Assembly (NCBI GenBank): GCA_965224705.1
Contig: OZ245056.1
Span: 1,632,001 to 1,696,000 of the forward strand
Direction: 5' to 3'
DNA: 64,000 nucleotides
From: Spirochaetaceae bacterium
GTDB taxonomy: Bacteria > Spirochaetota > Spirochaetia > DSM-2461
Shown: positions 29,657 to 39,807 of the stretch, piece by piece
How positions within the stretch are numbered: the stretch's first letter is position 1
Layout of the letters: the number at the start of each line of letters is the position of its first letter
Translations under genes and position numbers: made by a program
The notes under the pieces: generated by a model
Databases searched by the model: none
Seen by the model: the letters and a program-made list of their open reading frames with translations, nothing else
Told to the model about the DNA's origin: nothing

Positions 29657-31183
29657 TCACCGTCGATTAATCGATGACTTCTCAGTCTGTCTTTGAACTG
29701 TCAGATTACCACGCCGGGGCTTCCAACGCAGAGAACGGAGCTTCCCAACCTGCAAAAGAGTGTTGACAGCAGCCTCGGCGTCCTCTAATTCCCATCCGTT
29801 CAGATGACCAAAACCCCATGTGTAATCAAGTCTCAGACGCAGTATTTCTGATGAACGTCGTCCAATGAGTATGCGGGCAGCATGACCTGCTTTGAAACGC
29901 CCCCTGTTCCTCTGGAAGAATTTTATTATAATAGCCTCTTCCGGCGGAGCATTCCAGAATTCTCCACTACAAACATCACAACCGCTGCAATCCTGCACCT
30001 CGATTCCCAGTGATGCCAGTAGAATTACCCGTCGGCATTGATGTTTATTGGAAGCATAATTCATCATGGAGGCCTGTCTGTCAGTTGAGTTTTTTACATC
30101 CTCCGGTGTCCAGATCAGCCATGAGTTTGCCCCCTTACCATCCCTTGATGCTCTACCGGATTCCTGGAGGTAGGCTGCAGTGGAACCAGGTGGAGCAAGA
30201 TGGATTACCGTGCGAACATCGGACTTGTCCACCCCCATTCCGTAAGCACAGGTGGCACAGAGAACACCATCTTTACTGTTTAGATACCATTTTTCCAGGC
30301 GGAGTTTCTCCTCGGTGGACATACCGGCATGGTAATATCGAATCTGATCATCCTGTAATCGAAAACGCAGAACAGAGGCGGCGAGTTGAACGGATGAGCG
30401 AGTTGGTCCGAATACAATAGCTGGTCTCTGTTCGCTTCGAATCAACTTCTCAAGAGAATGAAACCGACTCAGGGAGGGTAGAACACCGTAGCGGATGGTT
30501 GGTCTATCAGGATTGGCAAGAGCTTCCCGCGGTGATTCTCCATTGAACAGCAGTTCTGTAATTCGACCACGAGTATAATCACCAGCCGTGGCCGTGAGAG
30601 CTAAAACGGCCTGAGGATTCCATGCCTTTACCAGACTCCCCAACCCGGCGCAGGCAGGTCTGAAGGTTTCTCCCCACTGACTCACAGTATGAGTTTCATC
30701 CACAACTAGAAATGCCGGTTTAAGAGCTGTCAGACGCCTGGTAACGGCTGGTGACTGCAAAATCTCAGGGTTGGCCAGTACAATTCCTGTCTTTTGTGTT
30801 TCCAGGGCATTCCAGATCTTTTGCCGTTCACCTTTACTCTGTCCTCCCCTCAGACAAACCGATGAGATACTGGAATCCTTGAGTCGGCGTTCCTGGTCGG
30901 TCATGAGTGACAGGAGGGGGAAAACCGCAATGGTCAATCCTTGTATCATCACTGCCGGAAGCATCCAGCACAGACTCTTGCCGGCTCCAGTAGGGAGGAC
31001 AGCAATTTCTCTCAGCGGTTCAGGATTCTCATCGATGTTCGCCAGGGGATGAAAGGCATCCAGAACAGCTGCTATAATCAGTCTCTGCCATGGATAAGGG
31101 TACTTGATTCCAAAGACTTCCTGTGCGGTTTGAACCACGGGGTCATCGGCTGCGGTACATGGGGATTCTTCCTGATCGTCCAC
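29657..31183 (-). CDS. recQ: RecQ-family DNA helicase
   Basis: Motifs LPTGAGKSLC, VVDETH, WGETFRP, ALTATA, YGMGVDK and YLQESGRASRDG, plus Zn-binding CRR...CSGCDVC. Confidence 0.9.
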   Translation of the reverse strand: MDDQEESPCTAADDPVVQTAQEVFGIKYPYPWQRLIIAAVLDAFHPLANIDENPEPLREIAVLPTGAGKSLCWMLPAVMIQGLTIAVFPLLSLMTDQERRLKDSSISSVCLRGGQSKGERQKIWNALETQKTGIVLANPEILQSPAVTRRLTALKPAFLVVDETHTVSQWGETFRPACAGLGSLVKAWNPQAVLALTATAGDYTRGRITELLFNGESPREALANPDRPTIRYGVLPSLSRFHSLEKLIRSEQRPAIVFGPTRSSVQLAASVLRFRLQDDQIRYYHAGMSTEEKLRLEKWYLNSKDGVLCATCAYGMGVDKSDVRTVIHLAPPGSTAAYLQESGRASRDGKGANSWLIWTPEDVKNSTDRQASMMNYASNKHQCRRVILLASLGIEVQDCSGCDVCSGEFWNAPPEEAIIIKFFQRNRGRFKAGHAARILIGRRSSEILRLRLDYTWGFGHLNGWELEDAEAAVNTLLQVGKLRSLRWKPRRGNLTVQRQTEKSSINRR

Positions 31184-31216
31184 ATAGGTTAAGACGAACT
31201 TGAGTGGTCTTTCTGT

Positions 31217-32254
31217 TCAATCAGTGGATGATTGATCCTGATTCTTAACATGAAGACCGCATTCCCGGAGGGTTTCAGCCTCCCACCACCAGCGGGCCAT
31301 TCTCTCATGTTCACCTGGACGCGATGCCCGGGTACATGGGGCACAGCCAATAGAGATATATCCCCTATCATGCAGTTTGTTATACGGCACATCATTGTTT
31401 CTGATGTAAGACCAGACACGATCCGATGTCCAGTTCAGTAATGGGTTGATTTTGATCAGCGGTTCTCCTGCTTCAGTTCTATGGCCTGTATCCAGTTCAG
31501 CGAGGGTCATATTCCCTCGGGTCGCCGGGCTTTGATCTTTTCGAAGGCCGGTAACCCAGGCCGGACAGCCTGTAAGAGCCCGCGTCAGGGGCTCAAGTTT
31601 CCTTATTCCGCAGCATTCTTCGTGACCGTCCCTGTAAAAACTATTCATCCCTTTCTCCTGGATAAAGGGCTCCAGAAGATGTGGGGAGGGGGTGAACACT
31701 TCCACCGTAATATTGTATTTCTCACGAACGAGGTCAATAAAATCATAGGTTTCCGGATGCAGACGACCGGTATCCAGGCAAAAAACTCTGAAAGGAGCTT
31801 TGTTCCTGACAGCCATATCAATGAGAATCACATCCTCAGCACCACTGAATGCAATGGAGAGTTTATGGTCGAACATGGCTTGAACTTCTGCCAGTATATC
31901 CCACGGTTCAAGGGTTTCATAATACTTCACGGCATTGGAGATGTCAAAATCGGTCGGGGAGTTTGCAGGAATCTGGCTGGTTTCTACCGTCTCAAGTTCC
32001 TTCTTTATGAATTCAAAAGTTTTTGTGTACACTCGTTTCTTGTTTCCATCTTCAACTATAAAAAAAGGAGCCAGCTTCACATTGTACTCAGCGGCCAGCC
32101 TCATCCCTTCTGACGATACATCGTCTTCCACTGCAATAATGACATTATTGATTCGTTTCCAGAATCCGCGTTTTTTCAAGAGGTTTTCAGCCTGAGTACA
32201 TTTGGCACAGGGCGAGCCATCGGCAAGGATTTTTTTTACCATGGTGATAAGCAT
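31217..32254 (-). CDS. cysH: APS reductase (CysH) with a fused N-terminal thioredoxin-like CxxC domain
   Basis: Motifs AFSGAED, LDTGRLHPETY, ECCGIRK, SIGCAPCT, RWWWE and ECGLH. The N-terminus carries PCAKC...APFF. Confidence 0.9.
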   Translation of the reverse strand: MLITMVKKILADGSPCAKCTQAENLLKKRGFWKRINNVIIAVEDDVSSEGMRLAAEYNVKLAPFFIVEDGNKKRVYTKTFEFIKKELETVETSQIPANSPTDFDISNAVKYYETLEPWDILAEVQAMFDHKLSIAFSGAEDVILIDMAVRNKAPFRVFCLDTGRLHPETYDFIDLVREKYNITVEVFTPSPHLLEPFIQEKGMNSFYRDGHEECCGIRKLEPLTRALTGCPAWVTGLRKDQSPATRGNMTLAELDTGHRTEAGEPLIKINPLLNWTSDRVWSYIRNNDVPYNKLHDRGYISIGCAPCTRASRPGEHERMARWWWEAETLRECGLHVKNQDQSSTD

Positions 32255-32488
32255 TCTTCATGATATCAAGCAGGTGTGATTGATCATAGGGTGCCTGTGA
32301 AAACCTTATACTGTGTCAGGAAGCTTGTTATATCTGATCCCATTTTATCCAGTCAGGTGGGGATTCTTGATGGATGCCGTGATTCAGTGCTGAGTGATAG
32401 TTGTGATTCGGGGAATAACTCTTTAGAATCATGAGAGCCCTGGCCGGTAAAAACTAAATACTTTCATACAAGTAAGGGGAGAAACCGC

Positions 32489-33418
32489 ATGAAGAATGAA
32501 ATCGTACCTCATCTTTTTTTTGACACGCAGGCTGTGGAAGCGGCAGAATTCTATTGTTCAATATTCCCGCATTCAACGATCAAATCACGAAGTATTATTC
32601 GTGATACACCTTCAGGAGACTGTGACTATCTTTCGTTTGAGCTCTGGGGGAAGAGTTTTGAGGCGATCAGTGCTGGACCGTTTTTTACATTTAATCCATC
32701 CATTTCGTTCATGGTCAATTTTGATCCCGCTTTTTTTGACAAATCAGAAGATCCCGTCTCAGAAGCTCGAAGCAAACTTACTGAAGTATGGAACAGACTG
32801 AGAGTTGGAGGGCAAACTCTTATGGAACTGGAGGAATATGATTTCAGTCCCTTATATGGGTGGTTGCAGGATAAATACGGAATCTCCTGGCAGCTCATCC
32901 TTACTGGATCAGAAGGAGATCCAAGACCTCCAATCATGCTGTCAATGCTCTTTGTTGGGGAGAATTGCGGCAAAGCCGAAGATGCAGGAGACTTCTACCG
33001 ATCTGTTTTTCCGAGTTCTATGGGTATGTTAGTTCGATACCCTTCCGGTATGGAACCGGAGAAAGAAGGTAATGTAATGTTCTCTGATTTTCAGTTAGGT
33101 GAAACCTGGATCACGGCAATGGACAGTGCAGACAGCCATCAATTTCAGTTTAACGAAGCGGTGTCTTTCATAGTTACATGTAAGAATCAAACGGAAATTG
33201 ATTTTTATTGGGAAAAGCTTTCTGCTGTTCCGGAAGCTGAGCAATGTGGCTGGCTGAAAGATAAATACGGTGTTTCCTGGCAGATTGTCCCTGAAGATTT
33301 GAGTGTTTTGATGACGGAGGGAACGGAACAGCAGATCAAGGCTGTCACTCAAGCATCACTTAAGATGAAGAAGTTTTCTATTGATGAACTGCGCCAGGCT
33401 CACGGGAATGCCTTATAG
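32489..33418 (+). CDS. VOC family protein (PhnB-like, tandem domains)
   Basis: Motifs PHLFFD, AAEFY, GWLQDKYGISWQ and CGWLKDKYGVSWQ. Confidence 0.9.
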   Translation: MKNEIVPHLFFDTQAVEAAEFYCSIFPHSTIKSRSIIRDTPSGDCDYLSFELWGKSFEAISAGPFFTFNPSISFMVNFDPAFFDKSEDPVSEARSKLTEVWNRLRVGGQTLMELEEYDFSPLYGWLQDKYGISWQLILTGSEGDPRPPIMLSMLFVGENCGKAEDAGDFYRSVFPSSMGMLVRYPSGMEPEKEGNVMFSDFQLGETWITAMDSADSHQFQFNEAVSFIVTCKNQTEIDFYWEKLSAVPEAEQCGWLKDKYGVSWQIVPEDLSVLMTEGTEQQIKAVTQASLKMKKFSIDELRQAHGNAL

Positions 33419-33517
33419 TTGCTGTCAACTCATCATGGAATCTTAATACCGGAAGGTTGAGTAACCTCCTGGCAGCCTCCCTGCGGCATCGAACCAGCAG
33501 GGATACTTCACTTAAAA

Positions 33518-34705
33518 TCAGCGGATCCTGGCCGAACCATCCTTCAGCAGCCTGTCCAGTTTCTCTGCCGGTTCCTTGAACTGACTCATGAAAATCATCC
33601 CGGCAATGATATAGGGCTTGTAACTGGCTTCCTTGTACAATGGTATGCGGTAACGATCGAAAACGGACGCTTCCACTTCACCTTTTTCGCAGCTGACGCC
33701 AGTAATATCTGCCGGCAGACAATGCATGTAAAGAGCCCTGGAATTCTTCGTTGCCGCCATCAAGTTTTCGGTGCATTCCCAGTCCCTGTGATTTCCATTC
33801 TGCTCCAGCAATTTTTTCTCCAGAGTCTTGATACCAGCCGAATCGCCATTTCCGTAGAGAATGGTTCGTTCCTCCATGGCGGCGAAGGGAGCCCAGCTTT
33901 TGGGATAGACAATGTCCGCATCTTCAAAAGCCTCCGCCATGCTGTGAGTTTTTTTGAAGCTGCCGCCGTTTTCCCCGGCCTGTTTCCGGGCAATTTCCTC
34001 CACTTCGGGCATCACCTCGTAGCCCTTCGGATGGGCAAGAACAACATCCATGCCCAGGCGGCTCATCAATCCAATGATTCCCTGGGGAACGGACAGGGGT
34101 TTGCCGTAGGAGGGGCTGTATGCCCATGTCATGGCAAGTTTCCGGCCTTTCAGATTATTGATGTTACCGTCAAAGTGATTGATCAGGTGCAGGGCATCGG
34201 CCATGCTCTGAGTGGGATGATCAATGTCACACTGGAGATTGACCAGAGTTGGGCGTTGTTCAAGGACACCATCTTTATGACCCTCTTCAACGGCTGCGGC
34301 CACATCTTTCATATACGTATGACCCTTTCCAATATACATATCATCTCGAATGCCGATAACATCGGCCATGAACGAAATCATATTGGCCGTTTCCCTCACC
34401 GTTTCACCATGGGCAATCTGGCTTTTTCCCTCATCCAGATCCTGAACCTCCAGGCCCAGCATGTTACATGCACTGGCATAGCTGAACCGTGTGCGGGTGG
34501 AATTGTCCCGGAAAAGACTGATGCCCAGACCCGAATCAAACACCCTGGAAGATATATTTTTCTCCCTCAGTTCACGTAGAATGTCTGCAACCAGAAAAAC
34601 TGCCTCGATTTCATCCTGAGTCTTATCCCATGTGAGTAAAAAGTCCTTTTGATACATGTTTGTTTTTTTACCCTTGAGATCTTCAATCATTTTTTGTACG
34701 TTCAT
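33518..34705 (-). CDS. ygeW: Knotted carbamoyltransferase YgeW
   Basis: Motifs FRDNSTRTRFS, HGETVRETANMISF, DHPTQ, WAYSPSYGKPLSVPQG and HCLPAD. Confidence 0.95.
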   Translation of the reverse strand: MNVQKMIEDLKGKKTNMYQKDFLLTWDKTQDEIEAVFLVADILRELREKNISSRVFDSGLGISLFRDNSTRTRFSYASACNMLGLEVQDLDEGKSQIAHGETVRETANMISFMADVIGIRDDMYIGKGHTYMKDVAAAVEEGHKDGVLEQRPTLVNLQCDIDHPTQSMADALHLINHFDGNINNLKGRKLAMTWAYSPSYGKPLSVPQGIIGLMSRLGMDVVLAHPKGYEVMPEVEEIARKQAGENGGSFKKTHSMAEAFEDADIVYPKSWAPFAAMEERTILYGNGDSAGIKTLEKKLLEQNGNHRDWECTENLMAATKNSRALYMHCLPADITGVSCEKGEVEASVFDRYRIPLYKEASYKPYIIAGMIFMSQFKEPAEKLDRLLKDGSARIR

Positions 34706-34782
34706 TTCACTTCCTTTTATTGATCTTCTAACTAATCGCAGAATACCACGGCATACATTGAATGGCGGAGATTCCCCAACTG

Positions 34783-37656
34783 TCAGTTAATTTTTCCCAG
34801 CGCCCTAAGAATCTTCTCAGGAGAAAACGGCCATGAACGCATCCAGACTCCAACAGCATCATGAATTGCGTTTGCCAGAACGGGTGCCGCTCCGTTAACC
34901 GATACCTCTGCGATGGATTTCGCTCCAAAAGGTCCATAAGGATCATCGGTTTCCACCAGAATGGCCTGGAAATCTTCAGGAACATCTCCTACCATCGGAA
35001 CACCATAGCTGCGAAGGTCTGCATTCAAACAACGGCCTTCTTCATCCAGTATCATTTCCTCGTACATTGCATGACCGATGGACTTCAGCACTCCGCCATA
35101 TATCTGTCCCAGAGCATATTCCGGGTTAATAGGAATACCGGAATCCTGCAAGGCATAGTATTTCTGTACCTTTACTTTTCCCGTTCTGGTATTGACAGCT
35201 ACCTGAGCAAAATGGGCACCATAGGGAAAAGAAAAATACTCGGTGGTGAAGCTGGCACTGGCAATTAACTGTCCACTTCCTTCCCCTCCCTGGGTATGCC
35301 AGGCAAGCTTCTTAAACGTCATTTCCCCTTTTTTGCCCACCACTTTTGAGGGATGTTCTATATGGAGATCTCCGGGATCCTCATCCATCAGCCGGGCTGC
35401 TTCCATCCTGATCATTTCAGCCATTTTCATCGCGGCATTTCTTGCAGCTCCACCAGAAAAATAAGTGCCGGACGACGCATAGGCACCTGTGTCGAAAGGA
35501 GCCATATCCGTATCCCCGGACTGTACAGTGATGTTATCCATATCCGTTTTCAGGACTTCGGCGGTCATTTTCGCTGTAACAAGATCCAGACCCGTTCCTA
35601 TGTCGGCCCCACCGGACTGCACAAGGAGGGTTCCATCGCCCAGCATTTTGACTGTGGCATTGGCCATGTCCAGGCCGGGTAGTCCGGAGCCCTGTTGAAT
35701 CGTTACGACTCCCTTTCCAATTTTCACATCAGGATCGTTTGAATCCTCCTGGATTCCCCATTTGATCATTTCGGCCCCTTGTTTCAGTGCCGGTCCCAGT
35801 CCGCAGCTCACCGCAGGAACGGCCTTGCCCTCTCTTCCTTCACCCAGAGACTTAAGAATTTCCAGCATAGCACCTTCTTTCACACGATTCAATTCAATGA
35901 ATTCCAGATGGTCCATGCCGAGTTCCTCGGCCAGTTCCTTAATGGCTACCTGCAGCGCATAATTGGCCTTTGGAGCCCCATATCCCTGGTAGGCCCCTGT
36001 AGGCGGACGGTTGCTGTAATAAGCCGTTACATCGAACCGGGAATTATCGCAGAGAAATAATGGAAGTGATTTTGATACACCATTCATGGGGACGGTGAGG
36101 GCATGGGCTCCGTACGCTCCCTGATTCGATTCCACCTTCATATACATGGCGGTGAGTTTACCATTCATTTCGGCCCCAAGCTTCACCGTGATGCGCATGG
36201 GTTTTCGGGTAGAACACCCGGTGAATTCCTCTTCACGGCTGTACTGCTGAAACACAGGCCGACCAGTCTTCCAGGCACAGAAAGCAACAAGGTCTTCCAA
36301 TAGGATGTCCTGCTTGCTGCCATATCCGCCGCCCACCCTTTCTTTGATTACCCGGATACGGTTTTCCGGCAGGTCGAGAAGGGTTGAAATTATGCGGCGT
36401 ACATGGTAGGGAACCTGGGTGGAGGCATGGACAATGAGACGATCTCCTTCCAGTCGGGCATAGCAGGTATGCTTCTCCAGCGGAGTGCATTGTATCTGAG
36501 TCGTTGTATAGGTTTTCTCAACAATGACATCGGCCTGGGCCAGTCCTTTCTCCAGATCTCCAATGCCATCGGAGATGGAAGCTGCAATGTTTTTCCGGGG
36601 ATTACCCCCAATGGGGAACTGGTAAAGCACTGGTTCTTCATCGGCATCAGCCTCCTGGTTCAGGTTGTCGAGATCTTCAGGAGCACCGACTTCATAGTAA
36701 ATTCTTCCTCCGTGGATCAGCGGTGCTTCAGCAGCGATGGCGGCATCCCAGTCAAGGAAGACGGGCAGTTTTTCGTACTTGACATCGATAAGACCCAGGG
36801 CCTTCTCGGCTGTTTCTTCGCTTTCAGCAACAACGGCGGCCACTCTGTCGCCCACATGGCGTACCTTTCTGGACAGGAGCATACGGTCGTAGGGAGAGGG
36901 CTCAGGGAATCCCTGACCTGCCTGGCTGTAGGTTTTCTTCGGTACATCCTTGTAGGTAAAGACGGCAACAACTCCATCCAGAGATTCAGCTTTTTCAGTA
37001 TCGACAGCAGTAATTCTGGCATGAGCGTGGGGGGAACGCAGAACTTTCAGAAAGCAGGCATCATCCTCCACCCTGTCCTCAACAAAAACCTTCTCACCAG
37101 CCGCCATACGGGCTGAATCCTTCTTGGGGGATGGTTTCCCGACAATATTGTAGTCCTCACCGAAATGAGGTATGTCAACGGACCCTTTGTCCGGGTTTTT
37201 CATTCTTTCCGCAGCCAGAGTTATGGCGTCAAAAAACTGTTTGTAGCCGGTGGCCCGATTATAGAGCCCGGAAAGAGCATCCTCGATGTCTTCTCTGGAT
37301 GGATTCGGTTTTCGCTGAAGAAGTTCCCATATCATCAGAGCAGCGGCCGGTGAATTGTAGCCGGACTGAATACAGCCGCATTCCAGCATGGCCTGCTGAA
37401 CAATGCTGAGGGAACGGCCGTTCCTTAGAGATTCAATTGTCCGTACATCCCGGTCGGCAAGCTGGGGAGCCAGAAGAAGTCCGGCACATACAATTCGGTC
37501 ATCACAGAGGATGCTGTCGGAACCGGCAAATCCATACCCATCATCGGAATTGCGGACAGATGAAATGCCGATTCGCTGGAGGAATTTCTGTGCACTTTCC
37601 CCTGGATCGGCTTCCCTGGAGACCGTCCGGCCGTTCAGTGTGAATTCAACTTTCAT
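34783..37656 (-). CDS. xdhD: XdhD/YgfN-like molybdopterin oxidoreductase (fused Fe-S and Mo domains)
   Basis: SVRNSDDGYGFAGSD N-terminus, AGQGFPEPSPYD, VGGGYGSKQ, YQGYGAP and GPFGAKS. Confidence 0.9.
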   Translation of the reverse strand: MKVEFTLNGRTVSREADPGESAQKFLQRIGISSVRNSDDGYGFAGSDSILCDDRIVCAGLLLAPQLADRDVRTIESLRNGRSLSIVQQAMLECGCIQSGYNSPAAALMIWELLQRKPNPSREDIEDALSGLYNRATGYKQFFDAITLAAERMKNPDKGSVDIPHFGEDYNIVGKPSPKKDSARMAAGEKVFVEDRVEDDACFLKVLRSPHAHARITAVDTEKAESLDGVVAVFTYKDVPKKTYSQAGQGFPEPSPYDRMLLSRKVRHVGDRVAAVVAESEETAEKALGLIDVKYEKLPVFLDWDAAIAAEAPLIHGGRIYYEVGAPEDLDNLNQEADADEEPVLYQFPIGGNPRKNIAASISDGIGDLEKGLAQADVIVEKTYTTTQIQCTPLEKHTCYARLEGDRLIVHASTQVPYHVRRIISTLLDLPENRIRVIKERVGGGYGSKQDILLEDLVAFCAWKTGRPVFQQYSREEEFTGCSTRKPMRITVKLGAEMNGKLTAMYMKVESNQGAYGAHALTVPMNGVSKSLPLFLCDNSRFDVTAYYSNRPPTGAYQGYGAPKANYALQVAIKELAEELGMDHLEFIELNRVKEGAMLEILKSLGEGREGKAVPAVSCGLGPALKQGAEMIKWGIQEDSNDPDVKIGKGVVTIQQGSGLPGLDMANATVKMLGDGTLLVQSGGADIGTGLDLVTAKMTAEVLKTDMDNITVQSGDTDMAPFDTGAYASSGTYFSGGAARNAAMKMAEMIRMEAARLMDEDPGDLHIEHPSKVVGKKGEMTFKKLAWHTQGGEGSGQLIASASFTTEYFSFPYGAHFAQVAVNTRTGKVKVQKYYALQDSGIPINPEYALGQIYGGVLKSIGHAMYEEMILDEEGRCLNADLRSYGVPMVGDVPEDFQAILVETDDPYGPFGAKSIAEVSVNGAAPVLANAIHDAVGVWMRSWPFSPEKILRALGKIN

Positions 37657-38438
37657 GCAAGGACCTCCTTTCCGCAGAGTTCAACCGCATCAGCAATTTT
37701 TACGGCATTCAGATACTTCTTGAAGTCAGCACTTCCCAGTATATCATCTTCCGGATGGATGGATTCCATTACAGCCTGCTCCACATCGGCACCCTTCATA
37801 ACAGCTTCTTCCACCTCTGTAAGTTTCAGAACTTTTGATCCGATACAGCCGGCATAAACAGCCGCCTCTGCGATTCTTCCATCACGGCCGACAAGGCAAA
37901 CGGCGGCTGATACAACCGGTAAAGCCTGATGGGATCGTGACTCCTTTACAGCGGTGCAGAAGCCCTGAACCGGTGGTATGTCAAACTCAAGGATTAAATC
38001 CCCTCTGTCTTCAGCTACCCAGGATTCAACACTGACCTTTGCTTCCTCCACTGTTTTCAGACTGGCCCCCAGGGCCAGAAGAACCGGGATGATACAGGAA
38101 TCCCGTCTATTGGCCCCAACATTTCCGCCAATGGTGGCCATGTTTCTAATGGGTCTGCTCGGGATGAATTGAGCGGCCTGACGAAGTGCCGCAGGCACAG
38201 CGGAACTGTCAGCAATGTCCTGGAGTGTGGTTGTTGCTCCGATACGGGTGTGTCCATCCCTGTGTTCAATGTGACTGAGTTTCAAAGAATCAAGGGAAAC
38301 AACTTTCTCCACGGGTTTTCCCCATTTGCGAAATGGAGCGCTGTTTACCTGTGTACCTCCGGCAAGAAAAACATAGCCCGATCGGCCCATTTCCGCTGCA
38401 TGTTCAAGTGATTCAGCTCGTATAAATTCCTCTATCAT
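37653..38438 (-). CDS. Molybdenum hydroxylase FAD-binding subunit (YgfM-like)
   Basis: Motifs LAGGT and IRNMATIGGN; adjacent to xdhD. Confidence 0.85.
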   Translation of the reverse strand: MIEEFIRAESLEHAAEMGRSGYVFLAGGTQVNSAPFRKWGKPVEKVVSLDSLKLSHIEHRDGHTRIGATTTLQDIADSSAVPAALRQAAQFIPSRPIRNMATIGGNVGANRRDSCIIPVLLALGASLKTVEEAKVSVESWVAEDRGDLILEFDIPPVQGFCTAVKESRSHQALPVVSAAVCLVGRDGRIAEAAVYAGCIGSKVLKLTEVEEAVMKGADVEQAVMESIHPEDDILGSADFKKYLNAVKIADAVELCGKEVLA

Positions 38439-39805
38439 ATTCCCGCCTCCCTGAGCAGTCTCTCTGCCGCAGCCTGTGCCCTGCTGAAAATCTCATCTTC
38501 ATCCAATCCAGTCAATCGGCCATGTTCTACGACAACTTTGCCATTGACAATCGTGTAATCTGCCCCATGATTGTAACCGGAGAAGAGAAATGCGGCCGCA
38601 GGATCACTGTGAGATCCGGCATATTCCATCTTGAAAAGATCAAACATGGCAATATCAGCAGCCATCCCTTCCTCCAGTCTGCCGCAGGACGGGAAGTTCA
38701 GCAATCTGGCTCCGTTTTCAGTTCCCATCCGAAAGACATCCCGGGCAGAGAGGGCATTGGATCCCTTTGTTACCCGCTGAAGAAGCAATGCATTCCGCAA
38801 TTCGCCCAGCATGTCCGAGGAATCGTTGGAGGCACTGCCATCCACACCCAGAGCAACATTGATTCCCATTTCCTTCATTTCCGTCACCCGGCATATTCCC
38901 GATCCAAGGCGCATATTGGATGTGGGACAGTGACATATCTGGCAGCCGGTTTCCTTGAGGATGGTCAACTCCTCATCATTGAAGTGAATGCCGTGGGCAA
39001 ACCACACATCGGGTCCGGTAAAATCACAGTCCTGCATGACACGCAGCGGCCGCCGTCCCCCCATTTCCCGTTCGCAAAAACTATTCTCATCCAGAGTTTC
39101 GGCCAGATGGGTGTGGAGAAGCACTCCGTTCTCCCGGGCCAGGGCTGCCGTGTCCCTCATTGACTGTTCGGAGACGGAAAAAGGGCTGCAGGGAGCCAGA
39201 ACAATTTTTCTCATGGACAAATCCGATGGATCGTGGAACTGCTGGATAACCCTCAGGGAGTCTTTGAGAATATCCTCCTCAGACTGCACAACGGTATCCG
39301 GCGGCAGACCGCCATCCTTTTTTGAAAGGCTCATGGAACCTCTGGTAGGGGAAAAACGTATGCCTGTGGCTTCAGCCGCAGAAAACTGAATGCCCATGAT
39401 GTCGGCTGTCACACTCTGCGGATAGAGGTAATGATGATCTGTACTCAGTGTACAGCCTGTTTTAAGGAGTTCCGCTGTGGCCAGGGCTGTCGACCAGTAA
39501 ATCCCATCTTCATCCAGATATTTCCAGATTTCATAGAGATACACAAGCCACTTGAACAGTTTGGCATTCTGCACAGCCGGGAGATTTCGGGTCAGTGTTT
39601 GATAGAAATGGTGATGCGTATTCACAAGACCTGGAATGACCAGATGCCGGGAAGCATCAATCTCCCGGACATCGCCATCCGGCCGGGGTATGTCCCGGGC
39701 AATTCGCCGAATCACACCGCCGCCGTCCATCAGCACATCGACTTCACTGAGGGCCTGGCTGTCCGCGTCAGTCACTAAAGCATAACAATCCTTGAGGAGA
39801 ACCAT
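38435..39805 (-). CDS. 8-oxoguanine deaminase-like amidohydrolase
   Basis: Motifs NTHHHFYQTLTR, LAPCSPFSV, HTHLAE, SNMRLGSG and GVDGSASND. Confidence 0.88.
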   Translation of the reverse strand: MVLLKDCYALVTDADSQALSEVDVLMDGGGVIRRIARDIPRPDGDVREIDASRHLVIPGLVNTHHHFYQTLTRNLPAVQNAKLFKWLVYLYEIWKYLDEDGIYWSTALATAELLKTGCTLSTDHHYLYPQSVTADIMGIQFSAAEATGIRFSPTRGSMSLSKKDGGLPPDTVVQSEEDILKDSLRVIQQFHDPSDLSMRKIVLAPCSPFSVSEQSMRDTAALARENGVLLHTHLAETLDENSFCEREMGGRRPLRVMQDCDFTGPDVWFAHGIHFNDEELTILKETGCQICHCPTSNMRLGSGICRVTEMKEMGINVALGVDGSASNDSSDMLGELRNALLLQRVTKGSNALSARDVFRMGTENGARLLNFPSCGRLEEGMAADIAMFDLFKMEYAGSHSDPAAAFLFSGYNHGADYTIVNGKVVVEHGRLTGLDEDEIFSRAQAAAERLLREAGI

Positions 39806-39807
39806 TT

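Noticed and set aside
37400..37656. Loss of Fe-S cysteines in the XdhD N-terminus as a novelty or pseudogene sign
   Set aside because: The SVRNSDDGxGFAGSD pattern is the known state of the XdhD/YgfN family.
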